This document shows, in pieces, positions 8,697 to 17,060 of a stretch of 29,002 nt of DNA; position 1 is the first letter of the stretch; every line of letters begins with the position of its first letter. The DNA comes from Candidatus Aenigmatarchaeota archaeon (GTDB taxonomy: Archaea; Aenigmatarchaeota; Aenigmatarchaeia; CG10238-14; SCSR01). The notes below the pieces were generated by a model. That model worked only from the letters and a program-made list of their open reading frames with translations. It ran no database searches and was not told the DNA's origin. The position numbers and the translations under genes were made by a program. Location of the stretch: positions 1 to 29,002 of the forward strand of contig JAWCME010000006.1 in assembly GCA_039091335.1 (NCBI GenBank), read 5' to 3'.

Positions 8697-10403
8697 TTAA
8701 CCTTTTTTGCCTTGTGATTTGTAAAGTTCTTCCACTCTATCTATAGTATCAGCCTCATCCGGTCCTTTATCTTCTCTTATTCTTATCATTCTCGGAAATC
8801 TTAGAGCTAATCCTGATTCGTAATTCGGTGATTTTTGTATTTCTTGAAACGCAACCTCAACTACAACTTTTGGTTTTATTTTCACTTCCCTTCCTTTTTC
8901 ACTTATTATCAACGGCTTCAAAATATCTGTCATAAGCTGAAAATTTTCTTCTGTTAAACCAGTACCCATCATTCCACAAGACAAAAATTTTCCTGTGTCA
9001 GGATCTCTGCATGCTAAAACATAAGAGCTTAGCCATTTTGCCCTTGTTCCTTCACCCCAAGTAGCGCCAACCACAACCAAATCTAAAGTTTCCATTATTG
9101 GTTTTATTTTATACATTGTGCCAACATGTCTGCCGAATGTGTATGGAGCAGATAAAACTTTTAACATTAAACCTTCCTGTTTTGCAGACAAAGCTTCCTT
9201 GTAAAACCTTTCCAGTTCTTTAACATCATCGCTAATTATTTGTTTAGTGAGTTGAAATTTTCCTGGAATTGGTTTAACTATTTTCTCTAGAATTTTTCTC
9301 CTCTCTAAGAAAGGTTCTTTGAAAAGTGTTTTTCCGTCCAAATAAACAACATCAAAAAGATTTACCTGGACTGGAATTTCTTTTACCATTTTATCAATGT
9401 CATACTTCCTATGAATTCTTTGAGATAAAACTTGAAATGGTAAAGGTAAACCAGTTTTTAGGTTTATACCCAATGCTTCTCCTTCTACTATACATTCTCT
9501 AGCTTTCAATCCTTTTTTACACATCTCCACAATATCTGGAAATTGTTTCGTCACATCTTCCAATCTTCTTGTAAACACCCAAATTTTATCTTCTTTTTTC
9601 ATTATCTCTGCATGCATTCCGTCATACTTATACTCCGCAGCAACCTTACCAAATTCTTTAACAACTTCCTCTATACTCTCTGCCTTTTCACCAAGCATAA
9701 TCTGAATCGGTTTTCCCAATTGTACTTTTATTTTTTTCAGTCCTTCAATTCCTTTTTCTTTTGCAATTCTTGCTACTTCACCAAAATCAGAAACAATGTT
9801 CCAAGCATAATCTACTACCTCAGTAATTCTTGCTTTTTCCTCTTTGCTTGAATCTTTTTTTAGTAAGAATGCATTAACAATTGCATCACGAATTATTCCT
9901 TCTGCAACACCGATTCTTAGCTCACCTAAAATTGTTCTGACAATATATCTAGCTTCTTTTGGGCTAGCAGATGCCAAAAGTTCAGCGATCAAATTTAATT
10001 TTTTTTCTTGAGAACCTTTGCCAGTTATTACTGCTAGCTTCTGTAAGTTAGAAAAAACAAAATCAACAGTCAGTTTTTTCTTAAACAGAACAACTTGTTT
10101 TTTTGTTTTAACGCATTCTTCTGCCGATAAACCAAGGTCTCCTGTTTTCTTAAATTTTTCTTCCACTATTTCTGGCTTGAATCCTGTTGCTTTGGAAATT
10201 GCACGAATCATCATTTGAGTTGCTATTCCCAATTCTAGCTGAAGATATTTTTGATATACGATACCTTGAGCCAGCAAAACAACTTTTGGCAACTCATCTG
10301 CAGGAGTTTTCGAAAAAAGATCTGCAAGTATTTCTGTTTTTTTTATTTTAGATGAAACTTCCTCCAATTTTTCATATGTTTCTGCTAATACTGAATAATC
10401 CAT
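8697..10403 (-). CDS. lig: ATP-dependent DNA ligase
   Basis: N-terminal DNA-binding domain, EYKYDG motif I, EGE, FDVVYLDG, EGLMLK, DLVVVGA and ALRFPR motifs. Confidence 0.96.
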   Translation of the reverse strand: MDYSVLAETYEKLEEVSSKIKKTEILADLFSKTPADELPKVVLLAQGIVYQKYLQLELGIATQMMIRAISKATGFKPEIVEEKFKKTGDLGLSAEECVKTKKQVVLFKKKLTVDFVFSNLQKLAVITGKGSQEKKLNLIAELLASASPKEARYIVRTILGELRIGVAEGIIRDAIVNAFLLKKDSSKEEKARITEVVDYAWNIVSDFGEVARIAKEKGIEGLKKIKVQLGKPIQIMLGEKAESIEEVVKEFGKVAAEYKYDGMHAEIMKKEDKIWVFTRRLEDVTKQFPDIVEMCKKGLKARECIVEGEALGINLKTGLPLPFQVLSQRIHRKYDIDKMVKEIPVQVNLFDVVYLDGKTLFKEPFLERRKILEKIVKPIPGKFQLTKQIISDDVKELERFYKEALSAKQEGLMLKVLSAPYTFGRHVGTMYKIKPIMETLDLVVVGATWGEGTRAKWLSSYVLACRDPDTGKFLSCGMMGTGLTEENFQLMTDILKPLIISEKGREVKIKPKVVVEVAFQEIQKSPNYESGLALRFPRMIRIREDKGPDEADTIDRVEELYKSQGKKG

Positions 10404-10458
10404 TATACCACATTTAAAAATCTAGTTTATATAACTTTATTTATTAATTAATTTTAAG

Positions 10459-11106
10459 GTGAAATGTTTGAACATATTTGATTGCATTATGAAGAGAAGG
10501 TCTGTCAGAAGATTTCAGAAAAAAGAAGTGGACGATAAACTGATTGGTGTGATGTTGCATATGGCAACTCAGGCACCTTCAGCTGGAAATGTACAAGAAT
10601 GGCAATTCATTGTTGTGAAAAATGAAGAAATAAAGAAAAAATTAGCAGAAGCTTCCTTGGATCAAGAATTTGTTGCAAAGGCGCCTGTTGACATTGTTGT
10701 TTGCGCTGACATGGAAAAAATAGGATTAAAATATGGAGAAAGAGGGACTAATTTATATTTTGCCCAGGATACGGCTAATGCTACGATGATAATTTTATTA
10801 ACTGCTACTGCTCTTGGGTTAGGCAGCTGTTGGGTTGGAGCATTCGATGAAGATGATGTTAAGAAAATTTTAGAATTACCAGAAAAATTGAAACCTGTTG
10901 CAATTATACCTGTTGGGTATGCTGCCGAGGTAGGAGAATCGAGGAGAATACCATTTGAAAATTTGACTTGGACTGATAGATATGGAAAAAAGTATGATAT
11001 CTCTTATTTATTTCAACCAGGACCAAAAGAAGAGGTAAAATTTAAACCAATAGGGAATTACATTCAAGATGTTTTGGAAAAATATAGGAAAAAGATTAAG
11101 AGATAA
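10459..11106 (+). CDS. Nitroreductase-family flavoprotein
   Basis: RRSVRRF, APSAGNVQEW and GLGSCWVGAF motifs; true start may be TTG 10468 after the AGGTGA SD. Confidence 0.92.
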   Translation: MKCLNIFDCIMKRRSVRRFQKKEVDDKLIGVMLHMATQAPSAGNVQEWQFIVVKNEEIKKKLAEASLDQEFVAKAPVDIVVCADMEKIGLKYGERGTNLYFAQDTANATMIILLTATALGLGSCWVGAFDEDDVKKILELPEKLKPVAIIPVGYAAEVGESRRIPFENLTWTDRYGKKYDISYLFQPGPKEEVKFKPIGNYIQDVLEKYRKKIKR

Positions 11107-11159
11107 TTGAAAACCTAAGTTTAAAATATAAAAAACCAAATTATTTATAGGAGACTTTT

Positions 11160-12602
11160 ATGATAAATAAAATCCAATTTACTATATTTTTCATCCTCGC
11201 ATTTTTATTATTATCTTCGGTATCTTTTGCAACAGGAGAAATAACTGTAACTGTTAGCAAAAAAGATGTAACATTATACAGTGGTGGTTCTGAAACAATA
11301 GATATTACAATAGAAAATAATCAGAATTTTGTTGATAGAGTTTCTGTTACAGTTTTTCCACAGTACTGGAGTGGAATAACTGCTACCTTGCAACAGTATG
11401 TAGTAAACATTAATCCTAAATCTAAATCCACAATCAAATTATTTTTTGATGCATCAGTTTGTGTGGAAGAAGTTTCTACAACATTTTCTATTACAGCAAA
11501 ATCCACTATAAATGAAAATGTAAAATATTCGACAACTATTAATTTGAATACTGTCAGAAACTTTACAGTTTGTATTGATGAATATAAATTAAGTAATTAT
11601 GTTATCAGCCCTAATGAAACGCTGAAAATTATTACAAAACTTAAAAATCCTACCGGAGTTTATTCTATGCCAATAACACTGGAAACAAAAATAATGCGAG
11701 GAAGTCAAGTCATTCAGAAGTTTGAAGACAGAATAGAAACTGTTCCGGCTAAAAGCTCGCATCAAGTAATCCACGAATATACTTTTGGAAAATATGCAAC
11801 AGCAGAATTTTATGCTGTGGAAATTTTGTTAAAAGATTCTTCTGGTAATGTTTTTGAATCAAAAAAAATCAATTTCAGAGTTTCACAGTTGCCTGAGAAA
11901 GTTGTGAAAGAAGAAACTGTAGAATGGGGCTTCTATCTGCAGACTGTAACCATAAAAGTTAGAAATGAAGGTAATGTTAACTCTTCTGGTTTCTATTTAA
12001 CTGCAACAATCCCGAGCTTCATGAAACCGTTCTTCTTCCCAAAAATCGAGCCCACGATTCAGGAAAAAATAGGTAATACATTTGTTTACAGCTGGTACAT
12101 AGAAGAATTAGCTCCTGGAGAAGAAAGAGAAATAAAATATGAGATAAATACGTGGAATGCATTAATAGTTATTTTAATAATAATTTGTGTTATCCTTTAT
12201 TCCTTTAAGCATGTCTTTAAAGTATCAGTTATAAAGAAGCATAAGTACACAGAACCAGTAACAAAAGAAAAGGAAATCTTGATTTCTCTTGAAGTTAGAA
12301 ACAGAACTAGGCATGGGATAAAAGATGTTTTGATAAGAGATTTTGTTCCTTCGATAGCAACAGTAGTTGAAAGATTTGATACATTAAAGCCAACTTTGAG
12401 AAAAGTTGCAGGAGGGACTGAAATTATTTGGAGATTGAATTATCTTGGTCCTTTAGAAGAAAGAATCATAACTTACAGAGTCAAACCAACGGTTGATATT
12501 ATTGGAACCTTGAAACTTCCAAAAGCTTTGATGAGATATACGGATAAAGAAAAAAGAATAAAAAGAATAATTTCTAAAAATATAAAAATTAAGGGAAGAT
12601 AA
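11160..12602 (+). CDS. Secreted or membrane-anchored beta-rich (Ig-like) protein
   Basis: Signal-peptide-like N-terminus, repeated beta-strand-rich domains, one TM helix (ALIVILIIICVILYSF) and a basic C-terminal domain. Confidence 0.75.
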   Translation: MINKIQFTIFFILAFLLLSSVSFATGEITVTVSKKDVTLYSGGSETIDITIENNQNFVDRVSVTVFPQYWSGITATLQQYVVNINPKSKSTIKLFFDASVCVEEVSTTFSITAKSTINENVKYSTTINLNTVRNFTVCIDEYKLSNYVISPNETLKIITKLKNPTGVYSMPITLETKIMRGSQVIQKFEDRIETVPAKSSHQVIHEYTFGKYATAEFYAVEILLKDSSGNVFESKKINFRVSQLPEKVVKEETVEWGFYLQTVTIKVRNEGNVNSSGFYLTATIPSFMKPFFFPKIEPTIQEKIGNTFVYSWYIEELAPGEEREIKYEINTWNALIVILIIICVILYSFKHVFKVSVIKKHKYTEPVTKEKEILISLEVRNRTRHGIKDVLIRDFVPSIATVVERFDTLKPTLRKVAGGTEIIWRLNYLGPLEERIITYRVKPTVDIIGTLKLPKALMRYTDKEKRIKRIISKNIKIKGR

Positions 12603-12604
12603 AC

Positions 12605-12612
12605 TTTTTATA
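12605..12612 (+). promoter_or_regulatory. TATA box of tRNA-Tyr
   Basis: TTTTTATA 23 nt upstream of the tRNA 5' end. Confidence 0.55.
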
Positions 12613-12635
12613 CTAAAATTCAATTATTTTTATTA

Positions 12636-12764
12636 CCCCGCTTAGCTCAAACCTTAGGGAGTAATGGCAGAGCAACCGGCTGTAGGTGAGTGCTATTGCA
12701 CTTGTCAAAAGCAGTTGCTCACATAGAAACCGGTGGGTTGAGAGTTCAAATCTCTCAGCGGGGA
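12636..12764 (+). tRNA. tRNA-Tyr(GTA) with two introns: 14 nt at 15/16 (12651-12664) and 43 nt at 37/38 (12686-12728)
   Basis: CCCCGCT/AGCGGGG acceptor stem (C1-G72, A73), GCTC/GAGC D-stem, ACCGG/CCGGT anticodon stem, GAGAG-TTCAAAT-CTCTC T-arm; central helices GCTC/GAGT and CTGT/ATAG at the two splice junctions. Confidence 0.93.
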
Positions 12765-12766
12765 CT

Positions 12767-12818
12767 TAAAAATTTTTTGTTTATTTCTTGTGAAACAAGA
12801 AGAAAAATTAAAAATTTT
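12767..12818 (+). terminator. Hairpin and T-tract downstream of tRNA-Tyr
   Basis: TTCTTGT-GAA-ACAAGAA core within AAAATTTTT...AAAAATTTT arms; oligo-T. Confidence 0.4.
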
Positions 12819-12921
12819 GAAAGGTAATTCATTTTGAAATAAGTATTAATAGCCTAATTTTTTTCCAAATTTCTATTTTTTATGTTTCATCACCAATACA
12901 AGTTTAGACGAGAGAAAGCAA

Positions 12922-12990
12922 TTCTTAGAGGAAAAAATTTCAACTAAATTTAGTATAACCTGAAGTTGCTGGTTCAAACCGCTCTAAGGA
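12922..12990 (+). pseudogene. Degenerate tRNA-like element
   Basis: TTCTTAGA/TCTAAGGA terminal stem, TTTAG/CTGAA stem around TATAAC, and GCTGG-TTCAAA-CCGC T-arm-like hairpin; no D-arm. Confidence 0.4.
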
Positions 12991-13060
12991 TTTCTTATTT
13001 TTAAAATTTAAAAAATTTAGATGTTGAAAAAGATTTAAAAATAGAAGATATAATATTTTT

Positions 13061-13177
13061 TGTTGGCGACCAAAACGAAGGGGAAACATCCGTTCCCATC
13101 CGAACACGGTAATTAAGCCCTTCGGTGATCTGGGTTGTACTGTGCGAGAGCACGGGAACTCCAGGACGTTGCCAACA
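13061..13177 (+). rRNA. rrf: 5S rRNA (stand-alone)
   Basis: TGTTGGCGAC/GTTGCCAACA helix I, conserved CCCATCCGAACACGG-TAATTAAGC loop C region, GTACTGTGCGAGAGCACGGGAA loop E region; 117 nt; own TATA (TTTAAAA 13034-13040). Confidence 0.93.
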
Positions 13178-13256
13178 CATTTTTCATTAACAATTTCATT
13201 CCAACTCAAGGATAAGTTTTAAAAATTCTAATTTCAAATAAGTAAATACTTGAAAT

Positions 13257-13346
13257 GCCTCGGTCGTCTAGACTATAAACAGGGAAAGTGGCCTAGGATG
13301 CAAGCCTGTCACGCTTGCGACATGGGTTCAAATCCCATCCGAGGCG
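13257..13346 (+). tRNA. tRNA-Asp(GTC) with a 17-nt intron at 15/16 (13272-13288)
   Basis: GCCTCGG/CCGAGGC-G73 acceptor stem, CAAGC-CTGTCAC-GCTTG anticodon arm, ATGGG-TTCAAAT-CCCAT T-arm; removing ACTATAAACAGGGAAAG restores the D-loop AGTGGCCTA. Confidence 0.93.
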
Positions 13347-13465
13347 CTAATGAAATAAATAATTTTCTATTTAACATTTTCTATAGATGAGATGAAATAG
13401 AAATTTTCTTATCTGTAAAGTTTAAATTAAGAAAAAACTAATTAATATTACTCCTCTTAGATAAA

Positions 13466-13517
13466 CAGAAAAGTTTAAAAATACTAAATAATAAAAAGAA
13501 GATACCGGCCGGTGTCT
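13466..13517 (+). promoter_or_regulatory. rpo operon promoter (BRE/TATA) followed by a palindrome covering the SD
   Basis: CAGAAAAG-TTTAAAAA at 13466-13481; AGATACCGGCCGGTGTCT at 13500-13517, directly before the TTG start. Confidence 0.55.
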
Positions 13518-13519
13518 GA

Positions 13520-13759
13520 TTGAAAGAAATTGATATTCAAAAGCATGATTTAGTACCGAAACACATTCTTTTAAATGAGCAAGAAAAAGAAGAAGTTTTG
13601 AAAAAATATGGTATAACACTAAAACAGCTACCAAGAATTTTAAGTTCAGACCCGATGGTAAAATTATTGAACGGTAAACCTGGGGATGTGGTGAAAATAA
13701 TAAGAAAAAGCCCGACTGCTAAAGAAACAATTTATTACAGAGTTGTGGTCAAGGGATAG
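13520..13759 (+). CDS. rpoH: RNA polymerase subunit Rpo5 (H)
   Basis: HDLVPKH, LPRI, DP, GDVVKIIRKSPTA and YYRVV motifs; TTG start. Confidence 0.96.
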   Translation: MKEIDIQKHDLVPKHILLNEQEKEEVLKKYGITLKQLPRILSSDPMVKLLNGKPGDVVKIIRKSPTAKETIYYRVVVKG

Positions 13760-13760
13760 T

Positions 13761-15245
13761 ATGAACGACGGTTTTTTAACACTATTAGATACTTTTATAA
13801 GGGAAAAAGGTTTGGTCAGATTCCAAATTGAATCTTACAATGATTTTGTTACAAGAAGGATTCCAAAAGTTTTGAGTGAAATCGGTGTTATAAAACCAGA
13901 AGTACCTGAACTTGGTGAGTTCAAAATCAAATTAGGTGAGTTTAAAATTGGTGAACCTTCAGTTAAAGAAGCTGATGGTTCTGTAAGGAATATTCTGCCA
14001 ATGGAGGCAAGAATAAGAAACTTAACGTATTCTTCTCCTATGTTCGTAGAAATGACTCCTGTTCTGAATAACATAGAAAGTGATACGATTACAGTTAACT
14101 TTGGCGATTTACCAGTAATGGTAAAATCAAAGATTTGTCCTTTGTCTGAAATGAGTAGACAAGAATTGATTGAAATTGGTGAAGATCCGGATGATCCAGG
14201 TGGTTATTTTATAATAAACGGCACTGAAAGAATTTTAGTCTTGGTTGAAGAAATAGCGTCAAACAGAATCATCACAGCAAAAGTTAACAGTGGAAATGTG
14301 ACTGAAATAGCCAGAATACATTCAGAGAAAGATGGCTACATACAAAGACATTTACTTGAAAGAAAGAATGATGGAATTATCACGATAACCTTTGCAAATA
14401 TAAGTAAACTACCGGTTGTTATTTTGTTAAAAGCTTTGGGTTTAGAATCAGATAAAAGTATAATTGCTGCCATATCTTCTGACCCTGAAATACTACAAGA
14501 ATTTTATGTAAACCTTTATGAAAGCCAAATAACAACAAAGCAAGAGGGATTGGATGAAATTGGAAAACATATAAAAATTCCTCAAAAGGAATATAGAATT
14601 GATAGAGCTGTAAAGCTGATAGACAAATATTTGCTACCACACTTAGGCCAAAGACCAGAAAATAGAATTGAAAAAGCAATGTTTCTTGCAAAAGCAATAG
14701 CAAAACTCATTAAACTACATTTGGGAAAGATAGAGGAAGATGATTTAGACCATTATTCAAACAAGAGGCTGAAATTATCAGGAGATTTATTAGAAATTCT
14801 TTTAAGGTCGATCCTACTTGGTAAATGGGGGTTGATAACAAGAATAACATACAATTATCAAAAATTAACAAAAAGAGGAAGGTTACCACCTTTACAAGCA
14901 ATAGTCGAATCAAACGTTTTAACTAATCAATTGGTTTCTGCTCTAGCAATTGGTAGTTGGGTTGGTGGTAGGACCGGTGTTAGCCAAAGATTGGACAGAG
15001 GAAGTTTTGTAAAAACTCTTTCACACATGAGAAACGTTTTATCACCTTTAACATCAACACAAGAACATTTCGAAGCCAGAGAACTGCATCCAACTCATTG
15101 GGGTAAGCTTTGCACAAGTGAAACTCCAGAAGGAGCAACTATTGGTTTGAGAAAGTATCTTGCAATAATGGCAGAAGTTACAAAAGGTGTGAGTGAGGAA
15201 GAATCAAAATCTTTAATAAATAATTTGAAAAAAGTGGTTAAATGA
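13761..15245 (+). CDS. rpoB2: RNA polymerase subunit Rpo2N (B'')
   Basis: PMEARIRNLTYS, DPGGYFIINGTE, GVSQRL, EARELHPTHWG and ETPEG motifs; ATG 13761 lies 1 nt after the rpoH stop. Confidence 0.95.
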   Translation: MNDGFLTLLDTFIREKGLVRFQIESYNDFVTRRIPKVLSEIGVIKPEVPELGEFKIKLGEFKIGEPSVKEADGSVRNILPMEARIRNLTYSSPMFVEMTPVLNNIESDTITVNFGDLPVMVKSKICPLSEMSRQELIEIGEDPDDPGGYFIINGTERILVLVEEIASNRIITAKVNSGNVTEIARIHSEKDGYIQRHLLERKNDGIITITFANISKLPVVILLKALGLESDKSIIAAISSDPEILQEFYVNLYESQITTKQEGLDEIGKHIKIPQKEYRIDRAVKLIDKYLLPHLGQRPENRIEKAMFLAKAIAKLIKLHLGKIEEDDLDHYSNKRLKLSGDLLEILLRSILLGKWGLITRITYNYQKLTKRGRLPPLQAIVESNVLTNQLVSALAIGSWVGGRTGVSQRLDRGSFVKTLSHMRNVLSPLTSTQEHFEARELHPTHWGKLCTSETPEGATIGLRKYLAIMAEVTKGVSEEESKSLINNLKKVVK

Positions 15246-17038
15246 CAGATGTATTTTTAGATGGCAGGTATATTGGCTCAACAGATGAGCCTGAAAAACT
15301 TGTAGCAGATATTAGGCAAAAAAGAAGGAACGGAGTTATTCCAAATCAGGTTAACGTCGCTTACCATAAGCATTTGGATGAAATAAAGATTTTAACCGAT
15401 CCTGGAAGAGTAAGAAGACCATTAATAATTGTTGAAAATGGAAAACCTAAACTGACAAAAGAACATTTGGAAAAATTGAAGATTGGTGAAATGAGTTGGG
15501 ATGATTTGATAAAAAATGGTGTGATAGAATATTTAGACTCAGAAGAAGAAGAAAATACTTTCATTGCTTTAAGGGAAAAAGACCTCACGCCAGAGCATAC
15601 TCACCTTGAGCTTGATCCATCAGTTATATTGGGTTTATCCGCATCGTTCATTCCCTACCCAGAATTTAATAGAGGTGATAGGGTATGCTTAGGAGCTAAA
15701 ATGATTGGCCAATCTATGGGACTATTCATAACAAATTATCTGAACAGAGTTGATACTAAGTCTAATGTTTTGTTATATCCACAAATTCCTTTAGTTCAAA
15801 CACATGCCCATAAAGTAACAAGATATGAAAAACATCCTAATGGAAGTAATTTGGTTATTGCTGTTAATTGTTTTGAAGGTTATAACATGGAAGATGCTTT
15901 AGTAATTAATGCTAGTTCTATTCAAAGAGGTTTATTCTGGTCATTGATGTTTAGAACTTATGAAGCAGAGCAAAAAAGATACATGGGTGGGCAGGAAGAT
16001 TTGATCGGAATACCAGAGCCTGGTGTGAGAGGTTATTTAGGAGAAGATGCATACAAACACCTACCAGAAGATGGAATTATTAATCCTGAGACTAAGGTAA
16101 ATTCGTCTGACGTATTAATTGGTAGGGTTTCACCTTTGAGATTCTTAGGAACAATGGACCAATTTATAACAGGAATAGAAAACATAAGAGAGACTTCAGT
16201 TACTTTAAGACATGGTGATAAAGGAGTAGTTGACAGAGTTTTCTTGAGTGAAACAATCGATGGAACAAAAATTGTTAAAGTTGTTGTAAGAGATTTGAAA
16301 ATTCCTGAGATTGGAGATAAATTTGCGAGCAGACACGGACAAAAAGGAGTTATTGGGTTGATTGTTCCGCAAGAAGATATGCCGTTCACAGAAGATGGAA
16401 TTGTACCTGATATAGTATGGAATCCTCATGGGTTGCCAACAAGAATGACAGTTGGCCAAATTTTGGAAATATTGGCAGGAAAAGTTGCGGCTTTGAACGG
16501 AAAGCCAGTATACTCTCCAGCATTTAGTCCATACCCAGAAGAAGAAATAAGAAAAACATTAGAAAAATATGGGTTTAGAAACGATGGGAAGGAAGTGATG
16601 TATGATGGTAGAACTGGAAAAAAATTTGAGGCAGAGATATTTATCGGATGCGGCTTCTTCGAAAAATTAGACCATTTAGTTTCGAATAAAATACATGCAC
16701 GCTCAAGAGGGCCTGTTACGCTGCTAACAAAGCAACCAACAGAAGGGAGAGCTAAAGAAGGTGGTTTAAGACTTGGGGAAATGGAGAAAGATGTTTTGAT
16801 TTCTCATGGAGCTGCTTTGGTTCTTAAAGAGAGGTTTGATTCTGATAAAACTACTGTATCGATTTGCAGCGGATGTGGCTTAGTAGCTGTTTGGGATAGA
16901 ATAAAAAATAAAAAATATTGTCCTGTCTGCAAAGAATCAGAAATTATAGATGTGGAAATGAGCTATGCTTTTAAACTGATGTTAGATGAGTTGAAGAGTA
17001 TGTTAATATATCCGAAAATTGTTTTGAAAGAGGAGTAA
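15242..17038 (+). CDS. rpoB1: RNA polymerase subunit Rpo2C (B')
   Basis: GYNMEDA, GDKFASRHGQKG, HARSRGP and GGLRLGEME motifs, C-terminal CxxC...CxxC; ATGA overlap with B''. Confidence 0.96.
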   Translation: MTDVFLDGRYIGSTDEPEKLVADIRQKRRNGVIPNQVNVAYHKHLDEIKILTDPGRVRRPLIIVENGKPKLTKEHLEKLKIGEMSWDDLIKNGVIEYLDSEEEENTFIALREKDLTPEHTHLELDPSVILGLSASFIPYPEFNRGDRVCLGAKMIGQSMGLFITNYLNRVDTKSNVLLYPQIPLVQTHAHKVTRYEKHPNGSNLVIAVNCFEGYNMEDALVINASSIQRGLFWSLMFRTYEAEQKRYMGGQEDLIGIPEPGVRGYLGEDAYKHLPEDGIINPETKVNSSDVLIGRVSPLRFLGTMDQFITGIENIRETSVTLRHGDKGVVDRVFLSETIDGTKIVKVVVRDLKIPEIGDKFASRHGQKGVIGLIVPQEDMPFTEDGIVPDIVWNPHGLPTRMTVGQILEILAGKVAALNGKPVYSPAFSPYPEEEIRKTLEKYGFRNDGKEVMYDGRTGKKFEAEIFIGCGFFEKLDHLVSNKIHARSRGPVTLLTKQPTEGRAKEGGLRLGEMEKDVLISHGAALVLKERFDSDKTTVSICSGCGLVAVWDRIKNKKYCPVCKESEIIDVEMSYAFKLMLDELKSMLIYPKIVLKEE

Positions 17039-17060
17039 TATTTTTGAAGGAGGAGTAATA
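17021..17060 (+). repeat. 20-nt tandem duplication at the rpoB'/rpoA' junction
   Basis: GTTTTGAAAGAGGAGTAATA followed by TTTTTGAAGGAGGAGTAATA (18/20 identical). Confidence 0.8.

Noticed and set aside
12940..13209. 89-aa minus-strand ORF
   Set aside because: It is antisense to the 5S rRNA gene.
15242..15245. Split rpoB as a novelty or frameshift
   Set aside because: The B''/B' split at this position is an established feature of several archaeal lineages.
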